DNA of 64,000 nt. Origin: Selaginella moellendorffii (taxonomy: Eukaryota; Plantae; Lycopodiophyta). Position numbers and translations under genes: made by a program. Below the pieces are notes generated by a model. It made no database searches, was not told the DNA's origin, and saw nothing but the letters and a program-made list of their open reading frames with translations. The first letter of the stretch is position 1, and every line of letters starts with the position of its first letter. The stretch lies in contig NW_003314312.1 in NCBI RefSeq assembly GCF_000143415.4, forward strand, positions 1,107,510-1,171,509, read 5' to 3'. Positions 23,189 through 33,149 of the stretch are shown here, piece after piece.

Positions 23189-24583
23189 ATGGAGGAAGAG
23201 GGGCGAGCGGGAGGAGCGGTGGATTCTCCCAGCGATGGCGCCTGGCTGCGCAGCAATCTCCAGTGCAAGCGGCCATGGCAGGAGCTGAGCGGTTCGCTTG
23301 GCGACCTGGGGACGTTCATCCCGATCGTCATCGCTCTAGCTCTCGTCAATGGTGTGGATCTTGGTACGTCTCTCATCGCCACGGGCATCTACAACATCCT
23401 CACCGGCGTGCTCTTTGGCGTGCCGATGCCCGTCCAGCCCATGAAATCCATCGCCGCGGTGGCCATCACCGAATCCAAGCACCTCACTGTGGATCAGATC
23501 ATGGCGGCGGGGATCACCGTGTCCGCGATCGTGTTTGGGCTTGGAATCACGGGCTTGATCCGGGTCGTCGCGTGGATCGTTCCATTGCCGGTGGTTCGTG
23601 GGATCCAGCTCGCGCAGGGGCTCTCTTTCGCGGTCAAGGCCGTCAAGTACGTGATGAAGGATCAAAATCTCTCCAGCGACAAGGCAAAGGGTGATCGCCC
23701 ATGGCTGGGCTTGGATGGGATTCTCCTGGCAGTGATTTGCTTCGCATTCATCGTGCTGGTGAATGGATCCGGCGAGGGATTCGAGTACTTTGTGACGAAC
23801 GGTGATGGTGGTGGTCGTCATCACGACGATCGTGAAGAACATCGTGAGGAACATCAAGAGAGATCGTCAAAGCTCGTGAGGTTTTTCCGGAGGATCCCGA
23901 CTGCCTTGGCAGTGTTCGTGCTCGGGATCATCCTGGCGTTCGTGAGGAGGCCACACATTCTCAAGGAGCTTCACTTTGGCCCCGCCACGCCCCGGATCGC
24001 TCGAATCTCTTCGCATGACTGGAAGACTGGATTTGTGAGAGCTGCGATACCGCAGCTCCCTCTCACCATCCTCAACTCGGTGGTGGCGGTTTGCAAGCTC
24101 TCGAGCGATCTCTTCCCGGCCAAGAAGGACGCCGTGTCTCCGACCAAGGTCTCGGTGAGCGTGGGGCTCATGAACTTAGTGGGCTGCTGGTTTGGAGCTC
24201 TCCCGGTTTGCCATGGCGCTGGAGGACTGGCCGGGCAGTATCGTTTCGGAGCCACGAGTGGGGTGGCGGTGGCCATGCTGGGTGTTGCCAAGCTTGTGCT
24301 GGGACTTCTCCTGGGGAGCTCGCTGGTGAGAATTCTCCAAGCTTTTCCAGTGGGACTGCTGGGGATCTTACTGCTCTTCTCCGGGGTGGAGCTGGCGATG
24401 GCGTGCCGGGATCAAACTAGCAGGAAAGACTCGTTTGTGATGCTCAGCTGCGTCGCCATCTCGCAAGGATCCAATCTCGCGGTGGGATGTGTTTGTGCCA
24501 TCCTCTTGTACGCGCTGCTCCAGGCGAGAGAGATGGATTGTTGGGCGATTGCAAACTCTTGGTCGCGAGGTTCCTCGAAGTAG
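23189..24583 (+). CDS. MOT1: Molybdate transporter (MOT1 family), intronless
   Basis: ELSGSLGDLGTFIP, PMPVQPMKSIAAVAI, PQLPLTILNSVVAVC, SVGLMNLVGCWFGALPVCHGAGGLAGQYRFG. Confidence 0.95.
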   Translation: MEEEGRAGGAVDSPSDGAWLRSNLQCKRPWQELSGSLGDLGTFIPIVIALALVNGVDLGTSLIATGIYNILTGVLFGVPMPVQPMKSIAAVAITESKHLTVDQIMAAGITVSAIVFGLGITGLIRVVAWIVPLPVVRGIQLAQGLSFAVKAVKYVMKDQNLSSDKAKGDRPWLGLDGILLAVICFAFIVLVNGSGEGFEYFVTNGDGGGRHHDDREEHREEHQERSSKLVRFFRRIPTALAVFVLGIILAFVRRPHILKELHFGPATPRIARISSHDWKTGFVRAAIPQLPLTILNSVVAVCKLSSDLFPAKKDAVSPTKVSVSVGLMNLVGCWFGALPVCHGAGGLAGQYRFGATSGVAVAMLGVAKLVLGLLLGSSLVRILQAFPVGLLGILLLFSGVELAMACRDQTSRKDSFVMLSCVAISQGSNLAVGCVCAILLYALLQAREMDCWAIANSWSRGSSK

Positions 24584-24647
24584 ATCGATTGGTTCCATTG
24601 AAATAAAGCTTCGATTTGTTTGAGAAGATCATGGATCCACTCTAAGC

Positions 24648-26351
24648 TTACGCCGTAGCTAGCATTTGGCTGAGGCCTGTATAGCAGCTATAATCTTGAG
24701 GCACAGCTATCCTCTTGAGAGTCTCGCGAACTACGGCCAAAACTTCGTCGCATCGGACAACACGCGGCACTCCCGGCACTCCGGTCACTTGCACAGGATC
24801 CAAGCGAGTGCCTCGAGCACCACAGACCTCCGAAACGCTTTCGTCTCCACGGATCGCTACTCCGGCAACGCAAACTTCACTGAGGTTCCAGACGTGCTTG
24901 ACTCGCAGCAGTGGGAAGCGACCATTCGCTGCCGGCAGGAAGAACCTCGTCTCTCCCTGGTACGTGATCCACACTGCAGTGGCGGGGTATGGATCTCGCA
25001 CGATGGATCTCAGTGGTGGCGAAGAGAAGGCCTCGGAAGAAACTCGCCCGGCTACTGCATTCTCCACTGTCTCATGCGATAACTTGCAGCCTCGAGCTCC
25101 AAGTTCCCATAGCCACGGCTGGAAGTCCGGCCAAGCTTCGCAAGACAGGCCAAGGACGTGCTTTGCAAACTCGCCGAGAACTTCGCTCTCTCGCGCCAGC
25201 ATGTCGGCGATCATCTCATCGTCTACGTAGTGATGGCGCAAGCCAGTGGACAGCTCGAGCAAGCAGGAAAGCAGCTTGTGGCAATCGGACGCGGCAGCTT
25301 CCTTGTTTCCGGAACCACTGTACAAGCTCTCCATGTCCACGCGATATGCAAGCTCGAGATCGATCAGCATGAACTGGTTCTCCGCAACGAGGACGATGTT
25401 CTGTGCTCGAACATCCCGGTGCTTGCGTCCCACGAGGTGAAGATGGTAGAGCGCCAAGAGCACGTCAAACGCTACCTTGCACAGCTTCTCCCCGTGAAGA
25501 ACCATCCCTTCCACACGCCTCGTACCGCGTGGCTTGGTAACGATGCCGGAAACTTCACCATACTCGCGCTGCAAGCTTAAGCTTCCAGATGGGCGATAGA
25601 AACCACGACGTACCAACACTGGCAAGCTCCGGGACATGATCCCTGCGTCGCGCAGATCGGCAAGCGCAGCACACTCTAAGCCGATCTTGGCGCACAAGTT
25701 CCTGCCTGGATCGTAGTCTAGCTTGAGCACAACTTCTTCGCCACCACCGGAGATCATCGATGCGCTATATACCGAGGTCGAGAAGGAGATGTGAAGAGGC
25801 TCACCGAGCTCAAGATCTAGCACGCCATCGCTGCTGGCAAAGCTGCGAAACGAGCCAACGTCACCTTTGGAGAATGGACCGTAGTATCCTCGAAGCTGGA
25901 AGGGTTCTTCGGGACTGCCCCTCCTCTCTGAAGAGCGCTGGACGTGCTCGATGAAGAGTTTGCCTTCTCGCCCAGCGCCCTTTATCCAAGCTGTCCACGG
26001 CCAGAGCCCAAAGTGACGAGCAATCTGCCATAGCTGGACCTGGCGATCGCCAGTGAGGGTGAAAGCAGCAACCTGGCTCGGGATTGTTTGGCAGTAAAAC
26101 AGCTCTTGGGCGATGGCATCTGTGGCGAGCTCGCCTCGGATGATCAAGGGATCCTCGCGCGTACCTGTTCCACACCCCAGCTGCAAGAGATCTCTCATGC
26201 TGCTGCTCTCGCGAACCGCCGTGTTCTCGACGTAGACGGCGGCCAGTTGCCACTTGCGCTGGACAGCTGATAGCGGAAATGTGTTGTGGATCGCGCGCCA
26301 GAAGAAGCCCGGCTCGCCACCATAGCAAATCCAGACCCGAGGATCATCCAT
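24648..26351 (-). CDS. Atypical protein-kinase-like protein with three copies of an unnamed ~65-aa domain, intronless
   Basis: Long ORF, ATG at 26351 directly after a telobox; VVLK, ECAAL, LYHLH..HRDVRAQNI, LIDLE; repeats ending GTRxDP/GSPEEP. Confidence 0.75.
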   Translation of the reverse strand: MDDPRVWICYGGEPGFFWRAIHNTFPLSAVQRKWQLAAVYVENTAVRESSSMRDLLQLGCGTGTREDPLIIRGELATDAIAQELFYCQTIPSQVAAFTLTGDRQVQLWQIARHFGLWPWTAWIKGAGREGKLFIEHVQRSSERRGSPEEPFQLRGYYGPFSKGDVGSFRSFASSDGVLDLELGEPLHISFSTSVYSASMISGGGEEVVLKLDYDPGRNLCAKIGLECAALADLRDAGIMSRSLPVLVRRGFYRPSGSLSLQREYGEVSGIVTKPRGTRRVEGMVLHGEKLCKVAFDVLLALYHLHLVGRKHRDVRAQNIVLVAENQFMLIDLELAYRVDMESLYSGSGNKEAAASDCHKLLSCLLELSTGLRHHYVDDEMIADMLARESEVLGEFAKHVLGLSCEAWPDFQPWLWELGARGCKLSHETVENAVAGRVSSEAFSSPPLRSIVRDPYPATAVWITYQGETRFFLPAANGRFPLLRVKHVWNLSEVCVAGVAIRGDESVSEVCGARGTRLDPVQVTGVPGVPRVVRCDEVLAVVRETLKRIAVPQDYSCYTGLSQMLATA

Positions 26352-26992
26352 AAACCCTAATTCCGCCAAGTCAACGGTGGTCAACCACTTGGTCAAATTT
26401 GTGTGTTCTTGCCATGGAAATTGGAATTTGTCTTTGCAGCGCGAGAAGAACTCTTAGGAATGAGTGGATGAGGAGGTGGTGGTGTGTCCAGGGAGCTGCT
26501 ATGATTGCCCGGGAATTTATTCCTGTGAAGAATGCATTGCGTCACAGCTTGAGAATTGGATGTGTAACTCTTGATGCTAGCAATTGCTTTTTCCATAGCC
26601 ACGGTGGAAGGATTCGAGTACTTTAGATGATCGATCAAGGACAAAGAGTGTTCCATGCTGGGTATTGCCAAGATTCCAATGAGAATTCTCCAGTGGGATT
26701 GCTGGAGATTTTGCTGCTCTTCTCTGTTAGCGTGCTGAGAGGCTCCAAAAGGACAGGAGCCTTGTACTCAGAATCAAGTCTCGAAGCATCATATTCTTAC
26801 AAGAGTATAAATGCTGGATTTGGATTACGAGGAGAGAAAAAAAATCTTTTACGTCAACTCAAGAATTTAGTCAAGCTTCATGCTTTTCAAACTTCCAATG
26901 TAAATTCCTGTAGCATGCAGTAAAATCTCGTCCATAAATTCATTCGACTCTTTCTTGGAATGGCTCTTTGCTGAAGGATAGTGTTTAGAATC

Positions 26993-28867
26993 ATGGAAGT
27001 TTGCTTGTTGCAAGACATGGTCGTGGCTTCCTCGAGCTCGTTCGAAGGTATGGTTGTTTCAGTAGCGAAGTCACGCTTTTGCTGTGACGAGCTCAAGCTG
27101 GCGGCAGCGTCTGATCTCTTCCGCAAGATCTTTACCTCTGTCCGCCACACTGGAGCTCGGCACCTGTTTGTGGAGCTCAAGAACTTCCCAGGAGGCGCCC
27201 GAGCGTTCGAAAAGATTGTCAAGTTCGTGGAAGATGAATTTCAAGCCGACCACCTTGAACTCCACACATCCAGCTTCCCCACCTTGTGTGCTGCTGCCAG
27301 ATACCTGGGCATGCCACTGCTCGCTTCTTCTTGTGCTCGCTTCTGGAGCTCTCAGGTGGTGACGACCACGTCCAGCATTTTCGAGGTGCTGGCCATCGTC
27401 ACCCAAGATCATGGCGTTGCCCTCTCCGCAGAGGAAAGATCCGAGGTTATCTCCAAGTGCTCCTCGGCGACGCTGCAAGCGCTAGGGAGGAGCAGTCTCC
27501 ACGAATTCTTCGTCAACATGGTAACGATTCTGCCTGTAGGTGGAATCTCTGTGCTCCTCAAGTTCCTCGAGAGAAGAGTGGATTTCTTCTCAATGCAAAG
27601 CAAGGTCTGGGACAAGGCAAGGCACGTAGTGCTTGCGTCGGAACTGATTTTCGTTGCTTGTCCGACCGGTGTCAAAGCTCGAGACGTTCTTCACAGAGCT
27701 GGGATTCTTGCCCGGTTTGTGCTGGGTCTGTTTAGAGAGGGCCTCGACTATTCAAAGGAGCAAAGCAAACATTGGCTCGTTCCATCTTTTGATGATCACC
27801 ATGATCTCCACGAGAGTGTAGCTCTTTTTAACCTCCTTGCTCTCTGCGACTTTCTCCTGGAACAGGATAGTATCACCGCAGACACGAGTACGAGTGACAG
27901 GATCAAGGCGCAGGAAAAGAAGCTCTTCGCACTTTTAGCTGGCTCAGATGCACACTTCAAAGCGAGCACAATTCTTCTTTCGCCAGGATCGGCTATTTTA
28001 CTGGCTTTCAACTTTGGAAAGCATCACGAGGACAAGAAGAAGCTCGCGGTGGAGTTTATAGAGCACTACCTGCAGCAAATCTCCCTCACGCAGCTGTCCC
28101 GGGAAGAGACTCTAGAGATTTGCAAGTTCATCTCGGCCCACTCGCTCTCGCACGACAATTTGTTCAACCATGTCTGGCGGGTAGTCACCAGGAGCACGAC
28201 ACTGTCCAGGAAGAGGCTCCAGGAGCTGATGGACACGATATCGAGCAGCAAGCTGTCTACGGAAACGTTGCTGGAGAAACTCCAAGAGGTTCGAGTTCTA
28301 AGCAAAAGGCTACAGCGAAAATGCAGCTACTGCATGGACATACCCACGAGCGAGGAGGAAGAGGGCGATCAATCGGAAAGAGAATCAAGCGGGGAAGAAG
28401 TCGAGCACCAGTGCTCGTTTACGTGGGATGATGATAGGCACAAAAAGAAAAGGAAGAAGGTACGTGAAACATGATTCTTTCAAGAGAGCTCATATAAGAT
28501 TGTGTATAGAACCGGATGTGGATCACGGTCGTGGCACCGCAGACGTCAAGCTCCTTCTCTCTCATGGTCTCGAGCAATCGCAAGGTCGAGAGCATCGAGC
28601 AGAAGCTCAAGGCCAAGATGGGGATGCCCAAGGAGGACGCATGCCAACTCACGTACAATGACAAGCTGCTAAGATCAAACAAGAGAATCAGCGAGTGCAA
28701 CATTTCCGACTTTGCGACCTTGACAATCCGAAATACCACGAAACGGCCAAGGTAATCAATCTCTCCTCGAAACACCCCTCTTTGACGATTGCTTGAATTG
28801 CGCAGAGTGGAGGAACAGCCACAAGCTCGAAAAATTCTAGTCACCTACCAGCGCCGCAAGAATTGAG
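26993..28867 (+). CDS. Divergent BTB/NPH3-like (NRL) protein, probably spliced to a C-terminal ubiquitin-like domain
   Basis: FPGGARAFEKIVKF..LCAAARYLGM (NRL-type BTB), SHDNLF and LMD..KLS (NPH3-like), KKKRKK; phase-0 GT-AG intron 28460-28509 joins to a UBL exon; the final exon (after 28751) is less certain. Confidence 0.7.
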
Positions 28868-28899
28868 AAGACCTCAAAGATCTCCGATGATCCGCTTTA

Positions 28900-29411
28900 T
28901 AAGGTTGCCACCTTTCTTATGTTGGAACTTTGTCCAAACTTTTCTCCGAATCTATGCCAAGGATCTGACTTTGAAGCTTTCCCATGATCTGTGATCACCC
29001 GGCCGTCGATCTTCTCGCGAAGCAAGCTCGCGCAGGCGAGCAGCACGCCCGGGCATTTGGCTCGCACTCGCCAGACATGGCTGAAAACAAATCCAGAGCC
29101 TCCTCCCCGTGTCCATTCTCTGGCGTATCCCCCGCCCAGCAAACCACATCCCTGTGAAGCATCGAGCCGAAAACCTTGAGAGCGTTCGCGTTCAGGATGA
29201 GGATAGCCTGGAAGTTTTCACCATGCGTAGAAACCAGCTTCCATTTTCCCTCCATCCATATACCAGTGTGATCGAAAGATCCAGAATCAAAGACCGCTCA
29301 TACCGAAGGATGACAGGTAGCGACGATCGCCGACCGCGATTCGCAACTGGGCTTCGATCGGACTTCGTCGCGGAAGTGATGAGATCCACGCATTCAGCAT
29401 CGGTTTCGCTC
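28900..29411 (-). pseudogene. PPR remnant whose 5' part is a decayed copy of the PPR-B start
   Basis: ECVDLITSAT..GAGCGGTCTTTGATTC matches 20894-21087 with small deletions; downstream are frameshifted PPR fragments (ENGHGEEALDLFSAM). Confidence 0.8.
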
Positions 29412-29432
29412 GATCGATCGAGCAAAGCGAAG

Positions 29433-31361
29433 CTAGCCTCTCACGATATTAGAGAGGAGGAGATAAGGAACCTCGTTGCTGGGATCCATCTCCGCGGCGG
29501 CATTGGCAGCAACGTCGCCTCGATCCACATCGCCATGGATGCTACAAGCTCCCAGCAGATTCTTCCACGCACCAACATCAGGAGCAATAGGCATCCTTCC
29601 AACCAGTTCTTCACACTTGCCGAGCTCTCCGGCTCGACCCAAGATCGCCACCATGCACTGGTAGTGCTCGATCCTCGGCGTCACTCCATAGTCGGCCAGC
29701 ATCGACGAGAAGTGGAGCTTGCTGGGACCGACGAGGCCGACGTGAGAGCACGCACTAAGAATCGCCGTGAGCGTCATGTCGTCCTGTTGAATCCCATCGA
29801 GATCCATTCTCTGGAAGATCCCGAGAGCTCTCTCGTACTGCCCGAGCTGGGAGTAGCCGGTGAGCATCACTGTCCACGAGACAACGTTCTTGTCCACCGG
29901 CATAGCGTCGAAGAGAGCTCGCGCTTGATCGAGCTGGCCAGCGTTGGCGTAGGCCTCGATCATCGTGTTCCAGGCCACCACGTCGGGCCTGGCGATGGCG
30001 TCGAAAAGAGCTCGAGCCTCGCGAAGCTTTCCTTCTCGGCCATACACCGACACCATCGTCGTGAGTGCCACCGCGTCCTTCACTTCCATCCGATCGAAGA
30101 GCTCTCTCGCTGCTGAAAAGTCGCCGCTGCCAGCGTAACTCACGAGCATCGACGTCGTCACGATCGTCCCCCGGCAAGAGTCCGGCATGGACGAGAAGAT
30201 CTCCCTGGCCTCCGCTAAGTTGCCACAGTCGCCGTGAGCAGCAACCATGCTGCTACATGCAGCCTCGTCCCTCTGCGGCATCTTCTCAAACACCTCCATC
30301 GCCGCGGCAATCTTCCCGTGCTGGGCGAATCCAGCGAGCAGCCCGTTCCACGAGAGGACGTTCCTCGTCGGCATGACGAAGAACAGGCTCTCGGCTGCTA
30401 CCACGTTCCCGGCCTGGCCGAGCGCCTGTACTAGCGCCGTCCATGACACAACATTCCTCGATGGCATTCTTCCAAAGTAGGCTCGAGCTTCCCTGATGAA
30501 TCCTCTGTGCGCGAGCCCGGACACCATGACACTCCAGGAGACGACGTTCCGGTTGGTCATCCTCTCGAAGATCTGCCGAGCCAGACTCATCTGTCCACTC
30601 TGCGCGTAGGCCGATAGCATCGCGTTCCAGGCGATGAAATCTTTCTCCGGCATCACGGTGAAGAGAGCCTCGGCCTCGGACAGATGCCCGGCTTGGGCAT
30701 TCGCTGCCATGACCGTCGTGAAAGAAACCACGTCCACCGCCGCCATCTTTTCGAAAGCCTGCGAGGCTTGGATACAATAACCGTTAGCGGCATACGATTG
30801 CAGCAACGCGTTCCACGACAGGATGTCTCTTCTGTGCATCCGATCGAAGATCTTTCTGGCTTCCTCGACATGCCCGGCTTGGGCATACGCCGTAAGTAGC
30901 AGAGTCCACGAAACCACGTCCGGATCCGGCATTCGATCGAGCAGCTTGCGGGACTCCTGGAGATTTCCAGCTTGTGCGTATGCCGCGATCATGTGGTTCC
31001 AAGTTACCACATCGCGATCTGGAGCCTCGTCGAAGAGTTTCCTTGCCTCGTCAAGAGAGCCATTCTGGGTGTAAGCCTTGACCATCATGTTCCACGAGAA
31101 CTTGTTGGGCTCGAGAAGAACGTCGAACACTTTCCTGGCCTCGCCGGGGCTGCCGCATTTCCCATACATGTCGATGAGGAGGTTGCCAAGGAATCTATTC
31201 TCGAAGTGGCGGCTGTTTTGGATCTCGTTGTGGAGGAGCTTTCCCTGTCCCAAGTTCCTGGAGCTCGAGCACTCTTTGATCCTCTCGGCCAGCTCGGTTT
31301 GTTCGTCGTAGTGAGTGAACGCATTGTGAAGAGCTCTAGAAGCTTTTCTTCTCAGCTGCAT
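29433..31361 (-). CDS. PLS-class PPR protein with E domain, intronless (PPR-A)
   Basis: FLGNLLIDMYGKCG, tandem PPR motifs, HYQCMVAILGRAG..W..LLGAC..H..YLLLSN. Confidence 0.94.
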   Translation of the reverse strand: MQLRRKASRALHNAFTHYDEQTELAERIKECSSSRNLGQGKLLHNEIQNSRHFENRFLGNLLIDMYGKCGSPGEARKVFDVLLEPNKFSWNMMVKAYTQNGSLDEARKLFDEAPDRDVVTWNHMIAAYAQAGNLQESRKLLDRMPDPDVVSWTLLLTAYAQAGHVEEARKIFDRMHRRDILSWNALLQSYAANGYCIQASQAFEKMAAVDVVSFTTVMAANAQAGHLSEAEALFTVMPEKDFIAWNAMLSAYAQSGQMSLARQIFERMTNRNVVSWSVMVSGLAHRGFIREARAYFGRMPSRNVVSWTALVQALGQAGNVVAAESLFFVMPTRNVLSWNGLLAGFAQHGKIAAAMEVFEKMPQRDEAACSSMVAAHGDCGNLAEAREIFSSMPDSCRGTIVTTSMLVSYAGSGDFSAARELFDRMEVKDAVALTTMVSVYGREGKLREARALFDAIARPDVVAWNTMIEAYANAGQLDQARALFDAMPVDKNVVSWTVMLTGYSQLGQYERALGIFQRMDLDGIQQDDMTLTAILSACSHVGLVGPSKLHFSSMLADYGVTPRIEHYQCMVAILGRAGELGKCEELVGRMPIAPDVGAWKNLLGACSIHGDVDRGDVAANAAAEMDPSNEVPYLLLSNIVRG

Positions 31362-31611
31362 CAAAGCAATTCGAGGCTGCCTTTAAGCAAGTTTCGTGCT
31401 AGACCTTTCATGGAATGCTATGATTGAGAAGACTTCCTAGTGTCGTGACATCGAAATGGGCAATTTAGCCAATATAGATAGAAATAGAAATGAAGTGTAT
31501 AATTTGTAAACCTTGTTATGTAAAAATATCAAGAGTGAAATAAAAATGACACCACACACACATATAAATGTGATCGTTCCTCTTAGATAATTCATTGTCA
31601 TAACTTTTTCA

Positions 31612-32775
31612 ATGGCTCCTATGGCATCACTGTCATTTGTTTCGGTTCTCTTGATGTTTCTTGTGCTTCAAGTTGGTGCTGGGCGAAGAAGTTTTCAATC
31701 GTTCTTATGTCCGACTGCAATCTTTAGTCTTACTGATTCACTATCTGACACGGGAAATCGCAATCTTGAAGCGCTTGCATCAGGGAATTATAGTATTTCT
31801 GGACATCTTCCATATGGTATGACAATTGGAAAGGCTACTGGGAGATTTAGTGATGGATATTTGCTTATTGATTTCTTAACTCGTGATCTCAAGCTTGGTG
31901 ATTCTGCACGTCCTAGCTTAACATATAATGGTACTTATTTCACAAGCTTGAATTTTGGTTATGCTGGAGCTACTGTTTGTCCATCTACTAATAATTTTTC
32001 TACACCTCACATATTATCGGCACAAGTTTCAGATTTTTTATGGCATAAACAACAAGTGAAAGATTATCAAGATGGAGCTAAAGTGGATAAAAATGTATTA
32101 TATGAGAAAGCACTTTATTTTATTGAGATTGGGGGTAATGATATTAATTATATGATGCCACATTTTCCAGATATTTTAAATACCACTATTCCATCTGTGA
32201 TATCTGGAATTAAATCTAGTATTTTAAGTTTATATGAATCTGGAGCAAGAAATTTCCTAGTGCTGAATCTTCCTCGTTCAGATTGTGCTCCAGGTTATAT
32301 ATCAGCATTTGCACCATATACTAATATTAATGGTAGTGGTATACATAGTGATAACCTTGGATGTATTGTTGAGGTTACACAAGTATTTGAAACCTTTAAC
32401 AAGCAGCTTTTGGATATGGTGATTGATATTAATTATCAAAATGATGATATTAACATATATCATTTTGATTGGTTTGCAGCAACTGATCATGTGATAAAGA
32501 ACATGCATCACTACAAATTTAAAAGCTATAAAAGTGCTTGTTGCGGTATACCAGGAAATGATTATCATTGTGAAGGTTTAGCACTTTGTGGTTGTGGACA
32601 AACAAATAGTACTACTTGTAAACATCCTGGAGAACATATTACTTGGGATGGAACACATTACACACAACATTTCTATGAGGTATCATCTCATTTTGTTCTA
32701 CATGGCAATTTTATCTCTCCAAGATTAAACTTACTTCCAGGGTGTGGTATTCCAATGCCACCCTCTGAAAATTAA
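31612..32775 (+). CDS. Secreted GDSL/SGNH esterase-lipase, intronless, AT-rich (copy 2, inverted paralogue)
   Basis: Same motifs as 19016-20179 with long identical stretches; TATAAAT ~45 bp upstream. Confidence 0.93.
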   Translation: MAPMASLSFVSVLLMFLVLQVGAGRRSFQSFLCPTAIFSLTDSLSDTGNRNLEALASGNYSISGHLPYGMTIGKATGRFSDGYLLIDFLTRDLKLGDSARPSLTYNGTYFTSLNFGYAGATVCPSTNNFSTPHILSAQVSDFLWHKQQVKDYQDGAKVDKNVLYEKALYFIEIGGNDINYMMPHFPDILNTTIPSVISGIKSSILSLYESGARNFLVLNLPRSDCAPGYISAFAPYTNINGSGIHSDNLGCIVEVTQVFETFNKQLLDMVIDINYQNDDINIYHFDWFAATDHVIKNMHHYKFKSYKSACCGIPGNDYHCEGLALCGCGQTNSTTCKHPGEHITWDGTHYTQHFYEVSSHFVLHGNFISPRLNLLPGCGIPMPPSEN

Positions 32776-33149
32776 CTTTGAAAGTGATGATGTGATTCAA
32801 GACAGAAAGTAATAAATTCTGAAATCTCTTTTGCTTTTATGGATTCCCAGTAAGTGATTGTAACAGCAATGAAGGTGGCGAGGACGAAACTCATTAGAAA
32901 CTTTGCATCGTTTTTTTTACTTTTGGAATGTCAGAGAAATCGTCATAGAAGTTCTGGACAAGTATGGAGTGGAGCTTATCGAGAAAATTAAAGGCCGAGG
33001 ACGGGATCTCTCCATGCACAGAAGATTGGAGTGAAAGTCACCACCTTTGGGTATGGCCACCACCTGGACGAGTGCTTCTAGATAGCCGAGACGATTGGAG
33101 AATTTCCTTTGATTGTTCGCCTTGCATTTACTCTTGGAGGAACTGGGGG

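Noticed and set aside
22930-23694. 254-aa ORF overlapping MOT1
   Set aside because: Non-ATG start, built from the promoter duplication and an alternative frame of MOT1
26352-26360. AAACCCTA motifs as interstitial telomere remnants
   Set aside because: Single copies near gene starts; ordinary telobox promoter elements
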